Shown: positions 8,603 through 19,619, counted from the stretch's first letter. The stretch is DNA of 49,664 bases from an uncultured Candidatus Saccharibacteria bacterium (GCA_964580495.1 CAZOKE010000004.1:1-49664), one strand, 5' to 3'. Numbers and translations are program-made. Notes: a model not told the origin generated them from the sequence alone.

Positions 8603-8651
8603 CCCTTGGCGAGCCTAGCGGCTTGCCAAGGGGATTTTTTTCATATATACT
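8603..8651 (+). terminator. terminator/promoter module, copy B
   Basis: CCCTTGGCG...TGCCAAGGG plus T tract; contains TTGCCA-17-TATACT upstream of uvrA. Confidence 0.65.
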
Positions 8652-8735
8652 GTCCTGGCTAAATTCTGCCGTCCCAATTGATTTGGAACGGCTCTCTCCT
8701 CGTATTTAATTTTGAAACTTAAGAGTGCTTACTAT

Positions 8736-11573
8736 ATGGCAGATAAAATTGAGGTCCGCGGGGCTCGGGTCCACAACCTGAAAAATATCGACGTCGATAT
8801 ACCCAGAGACAAATTGGTGGTCATCACCGGATTGTCCGGTTCCGGGAAGTCGTCTTTAGCTTTTGATACGATTTATGCCGAAGGCCAGCGCCGGTACGTT
8901 GAGTCGCTTTCGGCATACGCCCGGCAGTTTTTGGGATTGATGGACAAGCCGGACGTGGATAAAATCGAAGGCCTGTCTCCTGCGATTTCCATCGACCAAA
9001 AATCAGCTTCGCACAATCCGCGCTCGACTGTCGGCACGGTGACGGAAATTTATGACTATCTTCGCTTGCTTTATGCGCGCGTCGGGGTTCCTCACTGTCC
9101 GGTTTGCGGCCGCAAGATCGTGGGCCAATCCGTGACCCAAATGGCTGACCAAATTATGAGCTGGCCCCAATCAACCAAAATCGTGATTATGGCGCCCATG
9201 ATCCGCGACCAAAAAGGGGAGCACAAGCACTTGCTGGAAGAAGCCAAGAAAACCGGATACACCAGGGTGCGATTCGACGGCACGATCATGGATTTGTCCG
9301 AAGCCTTGCAGCTAAATGTCGACAAGAAAAAGAAACATACTATAGAAGTTGTGGTGGACCGCATAGCTCTGGACTCTGGTGATAGGGTAAGAGTTGCGGA
9401 TTCACTCGAAACAGCACTGGATTTGGGCAATGATTCGGTGATTATAACCAAAGATGACAAAGAAGAAATACTTTTGTCATCCAATTTTGCCTGTCCCGAA
9501 GGGCACATGAATTTGCCGGAACTCAATCCTCGCAACTTTTCGTTTAACTCGCCGCATGGCGCTTGCGTGGACTGCACGGGTTTGGGTACCCGCCTGGAAA
9601 TTGTGCCGGAATTAGTCATACCAAATCCCAAATTGACTTTGGCTGAGGGCGCCATCCGTCCTTGGAGCAAAACCACTTCGCGCATGAGCTGGTACAACCG
9701 CGTGCTGGATGCGGTAGCCAAAGATTTTGGCTATAGCGCCAATGTCGCGGTGCGGGATTTGCCGAAGAAAGTCGTGGATGCCATTTTGTACGGCACTGCC
9801 GATCACAAACTGAAAATTCAGGACGAGTCAGGATACGAGCGCTACACTTCCTTTGAAGGCGTTATCCCAAATTTGGAGCGCAAGTACAAAGAAACCGATT
9901 CAGACTACATGCGCGGAGAAATAGAACAATACATGCGCGTGAAAGTTTGTCCGACTTGCAAGGGCAATCGGCTCAAACCGGAATTTTTGGCTGTGACCAT
10001 CGAAGGCAAATCTATAGTGGAAGTGGCCAAGCTCTCGATTGACGACACCGTGTCGTTTATGGAAGCCCTGCCCAAAAAGCTTTCCGAAAAGGACCTTAAG
10101 ATCGCGCATCAGATTTTGAAAGAAATTGTCGCCCGACTGCGGTTTTTGCAGGACGTGGGTTTGAATTATCTGACACTGGACCGTTCGGCTGACACTTTGT
10201 CCGGCGGGGAAGCCCAGCGCATCCGTTTGGCGACCCAAATCGGCTCCGGCCTAACCGGTGTTTTGTATATTTTGGATGAGCCGTCCATAGGCTTGCACCA
10301 GCGCGACAATGACCGATTGCTTAAAACTTTGAAAAACTTGCGCGATTTGGGCAACACAGTAATTGTCGTCGAGCACGACCAGGAGACCATCGAGGCTTCG
10401 GACTGGGTCATCGACATTGGGCCGGGTGCGGGCAAGCACGGCGGGGAATTGGTGGCCGAAGGAACGCCTGCCCAGATTGCCAAAAACAAGAATTCGCTCA
10501 CCGGCAAATATCTCTCCGGAGCGGAAACCATCCCCATGCCCTCCAGCCGCCGCCGCGGTTCTGCCAAGACTTTGAAAATCGTGGGTGCTAGCGAAAACAA
10601 CCTCAAAAATATTGATGTCGAGATTCCTTTGGGCAAATTGGTGAGCTTGACCGGTGTTTCCGGATCCGGCAAATCTACTCTCATGAACGATATCTTGGCC
10701 AAAGCCTTGTCGTCTTATTTTTACAATGCCAAAGATGCGCCGGGCGAGCACAAGAAGATTTTGGGGATTGAAAATATCGACAAAGTCATCAACATTGACC
10801 AATCTCCGATTGGCCGCACGCCGCGATCCAATCCCGCCACGTACACCGGCGTCTTTACCTATATCCGCGACCTTTTTGCGGCGACTCCGGAAGCCAAGAT
10901 GCGCGGTTACAAGGCCGGCCGATTCAGCTTTAACGTCAAAGGCGGCCGCTGCGAGGTTTGCGGCGGCGACGGCGTGATCAAAATCGAAATGCATTTCTTG
11001 CCGGACGTTTACGTCATCTGCGAAGAGTGCAAAGGCAAGCGCTACAACAAAGAAGCTTTGGATATCCATTACAAAGGCAAAACTATTTCCGACGTTTTGG
11101 AAATGACCGTGGACGAAGCGCATATCTTTTTCCGTTCCGTGCCCTTAATCGCCCGCAAATTGGAAACATTGTCACTCGTGGGTTTGGGCTACATGCACCT
11201 GGGCCAGCAGGCCACCACGCTTTCCGGCGGAGAAGCGCAGCGCATTAAACTTGCGACAGAACTTTCCCGCGCTTCCACCGGCCGCACCCTGTATATTTTG
11301 GATGAGCCAACCACTGGTTTGCATTTTGACGATGTCAAAAGATTGCTGGGCGTCTTAAGCCGCCTGGTGGAAAAAGGAAATACCGTGCTGGTGATAGAAC
11401 ACAATCTCGACGTGATCAAATGCTCGGACTGGATAATTGATTTGGGGCTGGAAGGCGGGGACAAAGGCGGCGAAGTCGTGGCCGTGGGCACACCCGAAGA
11501 GGTGGCAAAAGTCAAAAAGAGCTATACTGGCCAGTACTTGGCAAAAGTTTTAAAGCCAGTAAAAACAAGGTAA
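8736..11573 (+). CDS. uvrA: excinuclease ABC subunit A
   Basis: [10 protein letters not shown], two Walker A motifs ([16 protein letters not shown]), two LSGGEAQRI, Zn fingers; start ATG 8736. Confidence 0.98.
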   Translation: MADKIEVRGARVHNLKNIDVDIPRDKLVVITGLSGSGKSSLAFDTIYAEGQRRYVESLSAYARQFLGLMDKPDVDKIEGLSPAISIDQKSASHNPRSTVGTVTEIYDYLRLLYARVGVPHCPVCGRKIVGQSVTQMADQIMSWPQSTKIVIMAPMIRDQKGEHKHLLEEAKKTGYTRVRFDGTIMDLSEALQLNVDKKKKHTIEVVVDRIALDSGDRVRVADSLETALDLGNDSVIITKDDKEEILLSSNFACPEGHMNLPELNPRNFSFNSPHGACVDCTGLGTRLEIVPELVIPNPKLTLAEGAIRPWSKTTSRMSWYNRVLDAVAKDFGYSANVAVRDLPKKVVDAILYGTADHKLKIQDESGYERYTSFEGVIPNLERKYKETDSDYMRGEIEQYMRVKVCPTCKGNRLKPEFLAVTIEGKSIVEVAKLSIDDTVSFMEALPKKLSEKDLKIAHQILKEIVARLRFLQDVGLNYLTLDRSADTLSGGEAQRIRLATQIGSGLTGVLYILDEPSIGLHQRDNDRLLKTLKNLRDLGNTVIVVEHDQETIEASDWVIDIGPGAGKHGGELVAEGTPAQIAKNKNSLTGKYLSGAETIPMPSSRRRGSAKTLKIVGASENNLKNIDVEIPLGKLVSLTGVSGSGKSTLMNDILAKALSSYFYNAKDAPGEHKKILGIENIDKVINIDQSPIGRTPRSNPATYTGVFTYIRDLFAATPEAKMRGYKAGRFSFNVKGGRCEVCGGDGVIKIEMHFLPDVYVICEECKGKRYNKEALDIHYKGKTISDVLEMTVDEAHIFFRSVPLIARKLETLSLVGLGYMHLGQQATTLSGGEAQRIKLATELSRASTGRTLYILDEPTTGLHFDDVKRLLGVLSRLVEKGNTVLVIEHNLDVIKCSDWIIDLGLEGGDKGGEVVAVGTPEEVAKVKKSYTGQYLAKVLKPVKTR

Positions 11574-11620
11574 ATATAATTTGATTGATCACGGAAATTG
11601 AGCTAAGCTAATCGAAACTA

Positions 11621-11646
11621 AGAGGATCGCATAGGCGGTCCTTTTT
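11621..11646 (+). terminator. intrinsic terminator after uvrA
   Basis: AGAGGATCGC-atag-GCGGTCCTTT followed by T. Confidence 0.55.
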
Positions 11647-11661
11647 CGCAGGAGGAACATA

Positions 11662-12117
11662 ATGACTGAGCAGAAACCGAGCTCAGCGGCTATTTTGCGC
11701 GAGGTTCTCCAAGTCCGTGGTCTACCGCAGTCGGACACGCAAATCTTTTTAGAGCCGCGTCATCGTTTAGGCGGAGTCTTCCGTTCTACGATCAGAGTCG
11801 AGGCTAGCTTCTACGAACGAAGCTGGTTTGGGTCGAGGAAAGTGTTCCGGGAATTTGAAGAAATTGCTGACCGGCTCTCGAATCAGGATTCGAATCTGCA
11901 TGCGAGAGCCCGCTTCGAAACGGTAGTCGACAACAGAAGTACTTACAAGAAGATACGGCGCGTCATCTTCGAATTCCAGACCAGGGAAATGCCGGAAATG
12001 GCTCTGCGGGAGTGGCAGTATCGAGCTTTGGAGTACAGCATTGAAGGGTCGGTGTACTCCTTGGATGCGATCGACGTCAAAAGCATCCGGCCGAAAGGAA
12101 AAGAGAAAGCTGGGTAA
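11662..12117 (+). CDS. hypothetical protein
   Basis: 151-aa ORF with AGGAGG SD and a downstream terminator-like hairpin. Confidence 0.7.
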   Translation: MTEQKPSSAAILREVLQVRGLPQSDTQIFLEPRHRLGGVFRSTIRVEASFYERSWFGSRKVFREFEEIADRLSNQDSNLHARARFETVVDNRSTYKKIRRVIFEFQTREMPEMALREWQYRALEYSIEGSVYSLDAIDVKSIRPKGKEKAG

Positions 12118-12261
12118 GCAGTAGAGGTTAAGGTGCGCGAGCAATCCGCACCTTTTTTGTTTAGTTATAACAATTTTTTTCGAGCTATTTGGTCAATATT
12201 GCTATGTTGACAATTGCTTCTAGTTATGACACAGTAACTAGTATTAAATTTACCTCTTATT

Positions 12262-13596
12262 ATGTTTGATTTGGTTAAAAAATCAGCCACAACACCAAGG
12301 CCCAAACAGGTGATAAAGCCAGCAATTGCGCCGGAAATCAAAGCGCCAATCGAAAAACCGGAGCCCCAGGAATTGCCTTTGAAATTGCCGGATAATAACT
12401 TTGCGCGAGAATTGGCTTTAGGCTCCAGGCTTTCCATAATCAACCTTATCAATTACCTCATTGAGCATGCGGCGCAGATGCATGCTTCCGATATCCATAT
12501 CGACCCGGGGTTTGATTCTGTGCGCATCCGCTTCCGCATCGATGGCGTCCTCTCGGACCAAAACAGCATCCCCAAATCCATCCACTCCGAAGTAATCAGC
12601 CGCATCAAAATTCTGGCAGGTTTGCGCACGGACGAGCACCAGGCTGCGCAGGACGGCAGATTCCGCATCAAAGTTGGGGAAGGCAATATCGACATCCGAG
12701 TGTCGATCACCCCGACTTACCATGGTGAAAACGCGGTCCTGCGATTGTTGGCTGACCAAGCCGAGGAATTTACTTTGGCTTCCTTGGGTTTTTCGAAGAT
12801 CAACCAAGCCAAAATTTTAAGCGCCATCAAAAAGCCATACGGCATGATCCTGGCTACTGGCCCGACCGGGTCAGGCAAGACCACCACACTTTATACATTG
12901 GTGAAAATTTTAAATAACGAAGAATCATCCATTGTCACAATTGAAGATCCGATTGAATATGCCATCGATGGCATCCAACAGATTGGAGTCAACCCGCGCA
13001 CCGGCTTAACTTTTGCCACCGGGCTTCGGTCCATCCTGCGCCAAGACCCGAACATAATCATGGTTGGAGAAATCCGCGATTTGGAAACAGCCGGGTTGGC
13101 CGTAAACACTGCGCTTACCGGCCACTTGCTGCTGTCTACCGTGCATACCAATGACGCGGCCACAACACTGCCCCGCCTTTTGGATATGAAGATCGAACCT
13201 TACCTCATTGCATCCACCATCAACATCGCGATTGGACAAAGATTGGTCCGCAAAATTTGTCCGCATTGCAAAGTTGAGCGCAAAATTACCGCGGCTGAGC
13301 TCAAAAGCCTCAACGACGCTTTGCCTGTAAAAAAACTGGAACGCAGCGCCGTTTTTTATGAAGGCAAGGGCTGTGAAGCCTGCAATTTTTCCGGGTTCAA
13401 GGGGCGGATCGGCATCCACGAAGTGCTTATAGTGGACAATGCCATCCGCGAAGCCGTGCTGCGCAAAGCGTCCAGCGCCGAACTCAAGACCATAGCCGTG
13501 TCGCAGGGTATGATTCCCATGATCGACGACGGGTTGGAGAAAGTTTTGGCGGGTGTGACTACGATTTCCGAAATCCTAAGAATGCTTTACGAATAA
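12262..13596 (+). CDS. pilB: type IV pilus/T2SS assembly ATPase (PilB/GspE family)
   Basis: ASDIHIDP, GPTGSGKTTTLY, TIEDPIEY, LRQDPNIIMVGEIRD, CxxC Zn motif. Confidence 0.92.
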   Translation: MFDLVKKSATTPRPKQVIKPAIAPEIKAPIEKPEPQELPLKLPDNNFARELALGSRLSIINLINYLIEHAAQMHASDIHIDPGFDSVRIRFRIDGVLSDQNSIPKSIHSEVISRIKILAGLRTDEHQAAQDGRFRIKVGEGNIDIRVSITPTYHGENAVLRLLADQAEEFTLASLGFSKINQAKILSAIKKPYGMILATGPTGSGKTTTLYTLVKILNNEESSIVTIEDPIEYAIDGIQQIGVNPRTGLTFATGLRSILRQDPNIIMVGEIRDLETAGLAVNTALTGHLLLSTVHTNDAATTLPRLLDMKIEPYLIASTINIAIGQRLVRKICPHCKVERKITAAELKSLNDALPVKKLERSAVFYEGKGCEACNFSGFKGRIGIHEVLIVDNAIREAVLRKASSAELKTIAVSQGMIPMIDDGLEKVLAGVTTISEILRMLYE

Positions 13597-13600
13597 TTTT

Positions 13601-14785
13601 ATGTTTGATTTGCGCAAACCAAAAAATCCGGATCAGCCGAAGGCCAAGATTTTTTCCAGCACTCATGTCCAGCCTAAAACCGTATTGGAAGCGCTGGGGC
13701 CTGCGGAAGTGAAACCAAAAAAACTTCGCACAGCTTTCATGCGCTTGTCGCTGAAAGAACAGATTATATTCATCAAGCGCTTAAGCGTGCTCATCCGCGC
13801 CGGCACGCCGTTGCTGGTCAGCCTGCAAATGCTCAAACGCCAGACCAGATCCAAGACTTTGCTTAAGATTTTGGACCAGGTCACCTCGGACGTGGAAAAC
13901 GGGCAGTACTTGGCCACGAGCCTGGCTAAGTTTAGAAAAATTTTCGGCGAGTTTGCCATCAACATAATTGAAATCGGCGAAATCTCCGGCACCCTTTCGG
14001 AAAATTTGGATTATCTGGCTGCGGAATTAAAAAAATCCCAAAGTTTGCGCCGGAAAGTGATCAGCTCGCTGGTTTACCCGGTGTTCATCATTTTTGCGAC
14101 ATTTGGCATCACGGCTTTGCTGACGGTTTTTGTGTTCCCGAAAATTTTGCCAATCTTCCGCAGCGTGAACTTCGACCTTCCCTGGACGACCAAGGTTTTG
14201 ATTTTTATCAGCAACTTGCTTATCGCGCACGGGTGGGAAATTATTTTGGGCTTGATAATTTTGTTTATCCTTTTTTTGTTCGCCCTGCGCAATCAGAAAT
14301 TTCATTATTGGTACGATAAATTCATACTCAAGCTGCCCATCATCGGGGATCTGGCTCAAAGCTATAATGTCACCAGTGTCTGCCGGACGCTGGGCATCTT
14401 GCTGCGCAGCAATGTCGCGATCGTTCGTTCCGTGGCTATCACCTCGCATACTTCCAAAAATTTGGTTTACCGCAAGCAGATGGAAGCCGTGGGCGAAAAA
14501 ATTCTCAAAGGCGCTTTGCTTTCGACCCACTTCGAGCAGTTCCCAAAATTGTTTCCGCCAATGATGACGCAAATGATCGCCGTGGCCGAAACCACGGGGA
14601 ATTTGAGCGAAACGCTTTTGTACGTGGCGGATATGTATGAAGAGGAAGTGGATGATCTGACCAAAAATCTCTCGACAGTGCTTGAGCCTTTGCTTTTGAT
14701 TTTCATGGGAGTGCTCGTGGGGTTCGTGGCGATTTCAATTATTACCCCGATCTACGGAATAACTCAGCATCTAAATCCTAAGTAA
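13601..14785 (+). CDS. pilC: type IV pilus platform protein (PilC/GspF family)
   Basis: Two T2SSF repeats (GEISGTL, AETTGNL), three TM segments, LEPLLLIFMG. Confidence 0.92.
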   Translation: MFDLRKPKNPDQPKAKIFSSTHVQPKTVLEALGPAEVKPKKLRTAFMRLSLKEQIIFIKRLSVLIRAGTPLLVSLQMLKRQTRSKTLLKILDQVTSDVENGQYLATSLAKFRKIFGEFAINIIEIGEISGTLSENLDYLAAELKKSQSLRRKVISSLVYPVFIIFATFGITALLTVFVFPKILPIFRSVNFDLPWTTKVLIFISNLLIAHGWEIILGLIILFILFLFALRNQKFHYWYDKFILKLPIIGDLAQSYNVTSVCRTLGILLRSNVAIVRSVAITSHTSKNLVYRKQMEAVGEKILKGALLSTHFEQFPKLFPPMMTQMIAVAETTGNLSETLLYVADMYEEEVDDLTKNLSTVLEPLLLIFMGVLVGFVAISIITPIYGITQHLNPK

Positions 14786-14786
14786 A

Positions 14787-15299
14787 ATGGAAAAAGAAAA
14801 CGTATTTGCGAGCGAAGCGAAGCAATCTCTTCTTAAGGGATTTACTTTAATTGAATTACTTGTTGTTATAGGTTTACTCGGCATAATCGCGGCTTTGGGG
14901 CTGTTCATCAGCATGGATTTTTACCGCTCCTACGCTTTCCGTTCCGAGCGCTCAACCATAGTTTCCGTTTTGCAGAAAGCCAGAAGCCAATCCATGAACA
15001 ATATCGACGAAAAGCGGCATGGTGTCCGATTCCAAGGTTCTCCGTTGCAATATGTTTTGTTTGAATGCTCCGGCTGTACTACTTATCCCGGATCAAATTC
15101 AACTGATCAGGTTATTTCAGGCTCATACAACGTCTCCATAACCTCACCGGCTTTGCCGTTGGATATTGTTTTTGACCAACTTAATGGCAACTGCATTTCG
15201 GCAAGCTGTGCCACAGCTCTGCAAAGCCTCAATGTCACCGATTCAGGCAAAACTTACCACATCAGCATCAGTCCCATAGGACAAATTGACTGGCAATGA
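14787..15299 (+). CDS. prepilin-type (minor pilin) protein
   Basis: KGFTLIELLVVIG class III signal. Confidence 0.88.
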   Translation: MEKENVFASEAKQSLLKGFTLIELLVVIGLLGIIAALGLFISMDFYRSYAFRSERSTIVSVLQKARSQSMNNIDEKRHGVRFQGSPLQYVLFECSGCTTYPGSNSTDQVISGSYNVSITSPALPLDIVFDQLNGNCISASCATALQSLNVTDSGKTYHISISPIGQIDWQ

Positions 15300-17071
15300 C
15301 AAAAACCGGCAGAAATCAACAAGGATTCAGCACTCTGGAAATCATGATCGCTTTGGTCATCATCGTTTTGAGTATTTCAGCGGTAATGCTCATGGTTTTC
15401 GGAAGCCAATCGACTTCGCTGGGAACCCAAACCAACCAGGAAGCTTTATACAAAGCGCAGCAAGTGCTGGAAGCTGCTCGCGCCCAAGCCAATTTAGATT
15501 TTTTTTCGGTTTCTAGCACCGCTCCAGTCGGAGATGACATTTATACCAAGCAATTAAATGTCACGGATTCAGCAGATGGATTTACAAAAACAGTCACGAG
15601 TCTGGTAAGTTGGGCAGGAAAAAATGTCAGCCTTTCTACGGCACTCACAGATTGGACCGCGATGCTCACCGGCGATACATGCAGCCCGACATTAGTTGGG
15701 GATTGGACAAATCCGCAATTATTGGGCACAGCTGATGTCGGCCAAAACAACGGCGGTACAGACGTCCAAGTTTGGAACAAAAAAGCCTATATCACAGCGG
15801 ATGCTTCCGATGCCAGCAAGGGTGATTTTTATGTCGTTGACGTCAGCGACCCAACAAAATCTAATTTACCCATTTTGGGCAGTGTCAATACGGGTCCCGG
15901 ACTGGCGGCGGTAGCAGTGGAAGGGAACCAGTATGCGTTTGTCGCCAACATCAGTACAGTTTCGCAGCTGCAGGTGATCGATATTTCAAATTCGAGCTCG
16001 CCTAAACTCGTTACTTCTCTGAAAGTCACACCCGCCGGCGATACCGCAGTTGGTAACAGTATTTACTATTCGAAAGGCAGAGTTTATCTGGGCACTACTA
16101 AATCGAGTGGTGCTGAATTTTACGTTATCGATGTCAGCAATCCAAACTCACTTTCAGCCAGTTCTATAAAAGCCAGCTTTGAAATTAATTCTGCTGTAAA
16201 TGCAATTGTGGTCAGGAACGGCATTGCTTATTTGGCGGCTCCGGATGATCCATCCACTCCGGCAATTGCAGAACAGCTCAAAGAGCTGAATGTTGCAGAT
16301 GCAGATAATGGCAACATTAGTTTGCTGGCATCATATGGCCCGAATCCGTCAACGTTATCCGGAGAAGGATTGTACCTTTCCAAGGACAGCAAAACTCTTT
16401 ATCTCGGGGAAGGCGGTGCTAACCCGGGAAACAATCCGCAGTTTTTTGCGCTTAACATCTCCACTCCCGGCACAATTACAAAAATTAGCTCCAAATATAT
16501 TCCGACATCAAAAAGCGTGGGAGTAAATGCTTTGGCAGTGCGAAGCAATCTGGCTTTTCTCTGGACGAGTGACACAAATTTAGGTTTCCAAATTTGGGAT
16601 TTGAATAATCTAGGCAGCAATATTCCTTATGCCGCTCTAAACACCCAGCAGACGGCAACCGGCGGCTTTGATTGCGATGGCAATTTTATTTACACGGCTC
16701 AACAAAGCCAGAAGGCTTTGCAAATTATCGGTCCAGGAGTCATACCATTCGCTTATTCGCTTTCAAATATTCCGGATATGACATTAAATTCGGGAGGCAG
16801 CCCAGTGGCACTCACTATAACAGTAACTATGACTTCCGGAACTCCGCAACCTGTAACACTTACGGCGCCAAATCCGGCTTCATCCGATATCACCATTTCA
16901 CCTGGATCAGTTTTGTCTTGTACGCCCAGCGCGACAGCGCCAAATACTTGTACAGTGACTTTTAATTATTCGGCTCTTTCTGGCGCCAAAACCAAGACTT
17001 ATAACAACCAGATTATTTCTGGCTCGCCCAACGGCATGTCGAGCAATAATTTTAAAATCACCGTCCAATAA
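15296..17071 (+). CDS. large prepilin-type protein with LVIVD-like beta-propeller repeats (candidate tip adhesin)
   Basis: QGFSTLEIMIAL leader; repeats FYVVDVSDP, LQVIDISN, FYVIDVSNP. Confidence 0.8.
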   Translation: MTKTGRNQQGFSTLEIMIALVIIVLSISAVMLMVFGSQSTSLGTQTNQEALYKAQQVLEAARAQANLDFFSVSSTAPVGDDIYTKQLNVTDSADGFTKTVTSLVSWAGKNVSLSTALTDWTAMLTGDTCSPTLVGDWTNPQLLGTADVGQNNGGTDVQVWNKKAYITADASDASKGDFYVVDVSDPTKSNLPILGSVNTGPGLAAVAVEGNQYAFVANISTVSQLQVIDISNSSSPKLVTSLKVTPAGDTAVGNSIYYSKGRVYLGTTKSSGAEFYVIDVSNPNSLSASSIKASFEINSAVNAIVVRNGIAYLAAPDDPSTPAIAEQLKELNVADADNGNISLLASYGPNPSTLSGEGLYLSKDSKTLYLGEGGANPGNNPQFFALNISTPGTITKISSKYIPTSKSVGVNALAVRSNLAFLWTSDTNLGFQIWDLNNLGSNIPYAALNTQQTATGGFDCDGNFIYTAQQSQKALQIIGPGVIPFAYSLSNIPDMTLNSGGSPVALTITVTMTSGTPQPVTLTAPNPASSDITISPGSVLSCTPSATAPNTCTVTFNYSALSGAKTKTYNNQIISGSPNGMSSNNFKITVQ

Positions 17072-17072
17072 C

Positions 17073-17555
17073 ATGCGAACCCAAGCCGGCTTTACATTAA
17101 TGGAAACCCTGATCTATCTCGCTTTGTTCGCGATTGTCATTGGTGGCGGCATGGTGGCCGTATTTGAAATCATCCAAAGTACCGATGCGACCAACAACAA
17201 AATTATTATGCAGGAAGAAGCCAATTTTTTTCTTCGCAAAATCGATTGGAGCTTGACTGGTGCGACTGCTGTCAGTGTCCCGGCTTCCACCAGTTTGCAG
17301 ACTACAAAAAATATCAGCGGCACACCGACACAAATTAATTTTAGTCTCAGTGGCAGCAATCTGAATTACCAGCAGGGGAGCGGCTCTGCGGCCGTCTTGA
17401 ATTCCAGCAGCATTGCTGTTTCCAATTTATCATTTGTAAAAACCAGCACTGCCGGCGAGCCCGACGCGATTACCGCCAGCTTTACCCTGACCTCGGTCCA
17501 AAACGGCCGAGCCGCTTCGGATAATTTTTCGACCACTAAATATTTACGTCAATGA
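17073..17555 (+). CDS. prepilin-type (PilW/GspJ-like) protein
   Basis: AGFTLMETLIYLAL. Confidence 0.85.
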   Translation: MRTQAGFTLMETLIYLALFAIVIGGGMVAVFEIIQSTDATNNKIIMQEEANFFLRKIDWSLTGATAVSVPASTSLQTTKNISGTPTQINFSLSGSNLNYQQGSGSAAVLNSSSIAVSNLSFVKTSTAGEPDAITASFTLTSVQNGRAASDNFSTTKYLRQ

Positions 17556-17947
17556 GACAACGAGGTTTTATTGCCCTTGCGTCGGCGATTATTATTTCAG
17601 TTTTGCTTCTGGCTATCACAGCGGCCATAAGCCTGACAGGATTCTTTGGCAGGTTCAATGTTTTCGATTCGGAGTCCAAAGAGCGCAGTTCGGCTCTGGC
17701 CGAAGCCTGTATCGACACAGCCAAATTGAACTATGCAAATAATTCAAGCTATGCCCCAAACAATCAAAGCGTGTCTGTGGGCTCAGATCAATGTACAATC
17801 ATTTCTTTTTTGAAAAATACCCCGACCACAGGTCAGGACACTATTAAGACCCAAGCTTCTATAAACAAATCTTATACTGACCTGCAAGTTGTGATTAAGG
17901 ATACGGATTTCAGCCTGATTTCTTGGGATGAACTGCCACATTTTTAG
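17552..17947 (+). CDS. PilX/GspK-like minor pilin
   Basis: QRGFIAL leader lacking E5; ALAEACI motif. Confidence 0.75.
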   Translation: MRQRGFIALASAIIISVLLLAITAAISLTGFFGRFNVFDSESKERSSALAEACIDTAKLNYANNSSYAPNNQSVSVGSDQCTIISFLKNTPTTGQDTIKTQASINKSYTDLQVVIKDTDFSLISWDELPHF

Positions 17948-18041
17948 GTATTGCTAATGCTGCCGTTTTGTGCTAAAAATAAGTATTGCCAAACAAAATA
18001 ATAAACTTTAAAGGTCGAATATAGAATAAGGAAATAATTTA

Positions 18042-18581
18042 ATGAAAATTACAAGTAAGCAATCAGGTTTTACCCTCATTGAGATTTTGGTTGTTATGGG
18101 TATTATCGCAGTCTTGGCAGCAATAGTTTTGATTGCTATCAATCCGGCTCGACAGTTTGCGCAATCAAGGAACACCCAAAGGTCTAGCAATGTCAACGCG
18201 ATTCTTAATGCAATTGGTCAAAATTTGGCAGATAATAAAGGAACATTCAATTGCAGTACAGGCAGCATACCGGGAACCACAACCGCAGTGCCAAATCCGA
18301 TCACTTCTGCTAACGTCCCATCTGCTGCCAAAAGGATTGCGAAAGTCACTCCAGCTGGAGCCAACGATGTTGACCTAAGCTGTCTTACCCCAACTTACAT
18401 TGCAGAGTTGCCGTTCGATCCTAGTCCTTCTGCGGCACATTGGACTTCAACCACGGACTATGATACCGAATATTATGTAGTTCAAGACAATTCAAGCACT
18501 GGTGGGGGAAGAATCACCGTTTTTGCCCAAAATCCTGAATCAGCTTTGAGCCAAACTAATTACATTGCAGTAACTCGATAA
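18042..18581 (+). CDS. type IV pilin (probable major pilin)
   Basis: SGFTLIEILVVMGIIAVLAAIVLIAINP; followed by a terminator. Confidence 0.88.
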   Translation: MKITSKQSGFTLIEILVVMGIIAVLAAIVLIAINPARQFAQSRNTQRSSNVNAILNAIGQNLADNKGTFNCSTGSIPGTTTAVPNPITSANVPSAAKRIAKVTPAGANDVDLSCLTPTYIAELPFDPSPSAAHWTSTTDYDTEYYVVQDNSSTGGGRITVFAQNPESALSQTNYIAVTR

Positions 18582-18594
18582 ATTTTTTCGGAAT

Positions 18595-18624
18595 AAAAAA
18601 GTCACCTCCATGGGTGGCTTTTTT
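18595..18624. terminator. intrinsic terminator
   Basis: AAAAAAGTCACC...GGTGGCTTTTTT. Confidence 0.65.
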
Positions 18625-18671
18625 GTTTTATTGCTTTGTTCTATAATGCTTACAGATTAATTTTTAATTAT

Positions 18672-19607
18672 ATGGATCAAATTTTGCCAACATCAGTCCC
18701 CAAAAGCACGCCCAAGGATGTGTTTTATTATCTGCTCTCGATAGTGACGCTGTATATGAGCGCCATTAGTTTTATTTCCCTGCTGTTCCAGTTGGTAGGG
18801 TATTGGTTTCCCGATCCGCAAGCAGTTGCTTACGGCGCGAACCAAACGATCCGCTGGGCGTCTGCCATCCTCATCGTAAGTTTCCCGGTTTATCTTTTCC
18901 TGATGTGGCTGATCAACAAGGACATCACGGCTGACCCATCCCGCCGCGAAGTCCGTGTGCGCAAGTGGCTGGGGTATCTCACGTTGTTTATCTCGGCAAT
19001 TGTCTCGATCGTGGACGTGGGAACTTTGGTTTACAATCTCCTTGGCGGGGAATTAGCCGCGCGAGTGATTTTGAAAATTCTGGTCGTGCTGGTTGTCGCC
19101 GCATCAGTGTTTTTCTATTATCTTCGCGAACTGCGTTCCACCCGCGAGCTCGGGCCGTCCAACAAAATCCTTGCTTGGATTGTGTCCATAGTTGTGTTGG
19201 CGAGCATTGTCGTAGCTTTCGTGGTGGTCGGCTCTCCTACGCGCCAGCGGAAATTGAACTTCGACAGCACTCGGGTCAATAACCTCGCCCAAATCCAAAG
19301 CGAGATCCAGAGTTACTACGCTCGGACCAACACGCTTCCATCAAACCTTGCCAGTCTAACGCAAGGTTTGTCCCCGATATATGTTCCCAAAGATCCGGAA
19401 ACCGGTGCGGATTACGAATACATCGTCAAAAACAATCTCTCGTTCCAGCTCTGCGCTACATTTGACCTGCCATCCGAAGCCAATCAAAATTATCGCACTC
19501 CCGCGATTTATCCTTATAGCGTAAGTGACAACTGGTCGCATGGACCCGGCCGAGTGTGCTTTGATCGCACAGCAAACCCGCAGCTAGACAAACCACCGAT
19601 GAAGTAA
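18672..19607 (+). CDS. DUF5671-like multi-pass membrane protein with pseudopilin-like C-terminal domain
   Basis: PKDVFYYLL, RKWLGYLTLFI, GSPTRQR..D..RV, PKDPETG..YEY..FQLCATF. Confidence 0.75.
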   Translation: MDQILPTSVPKSTPKDVFYYLLSIVTLYMSAISFISLLFQLVGYWFPDPQAVAYGANQTIRWASAILIVSFPVYLFLMWLINKDITADPSRREVRVRKWLGYLTLFISAIVSIVDVGTLVYNLLGGELAARVILKILVVLVVAASVFFYYLRELRSTRELGPSNKILAWIVSIVVLASIVVAFVVVGSPTRQRKLNFDSTRVNNLAQIQSEIQSYYARTNTLPSNLASLTQGLSPIYVPKDPETGADYEYIVKNNLSFQLCATFDLPSEANQNYRTPAIYPYSVSDNWSHGPGRVCFDRTANPQLDKPPMK

Positions 19608-19619
19608 AGACAAAAAAAG

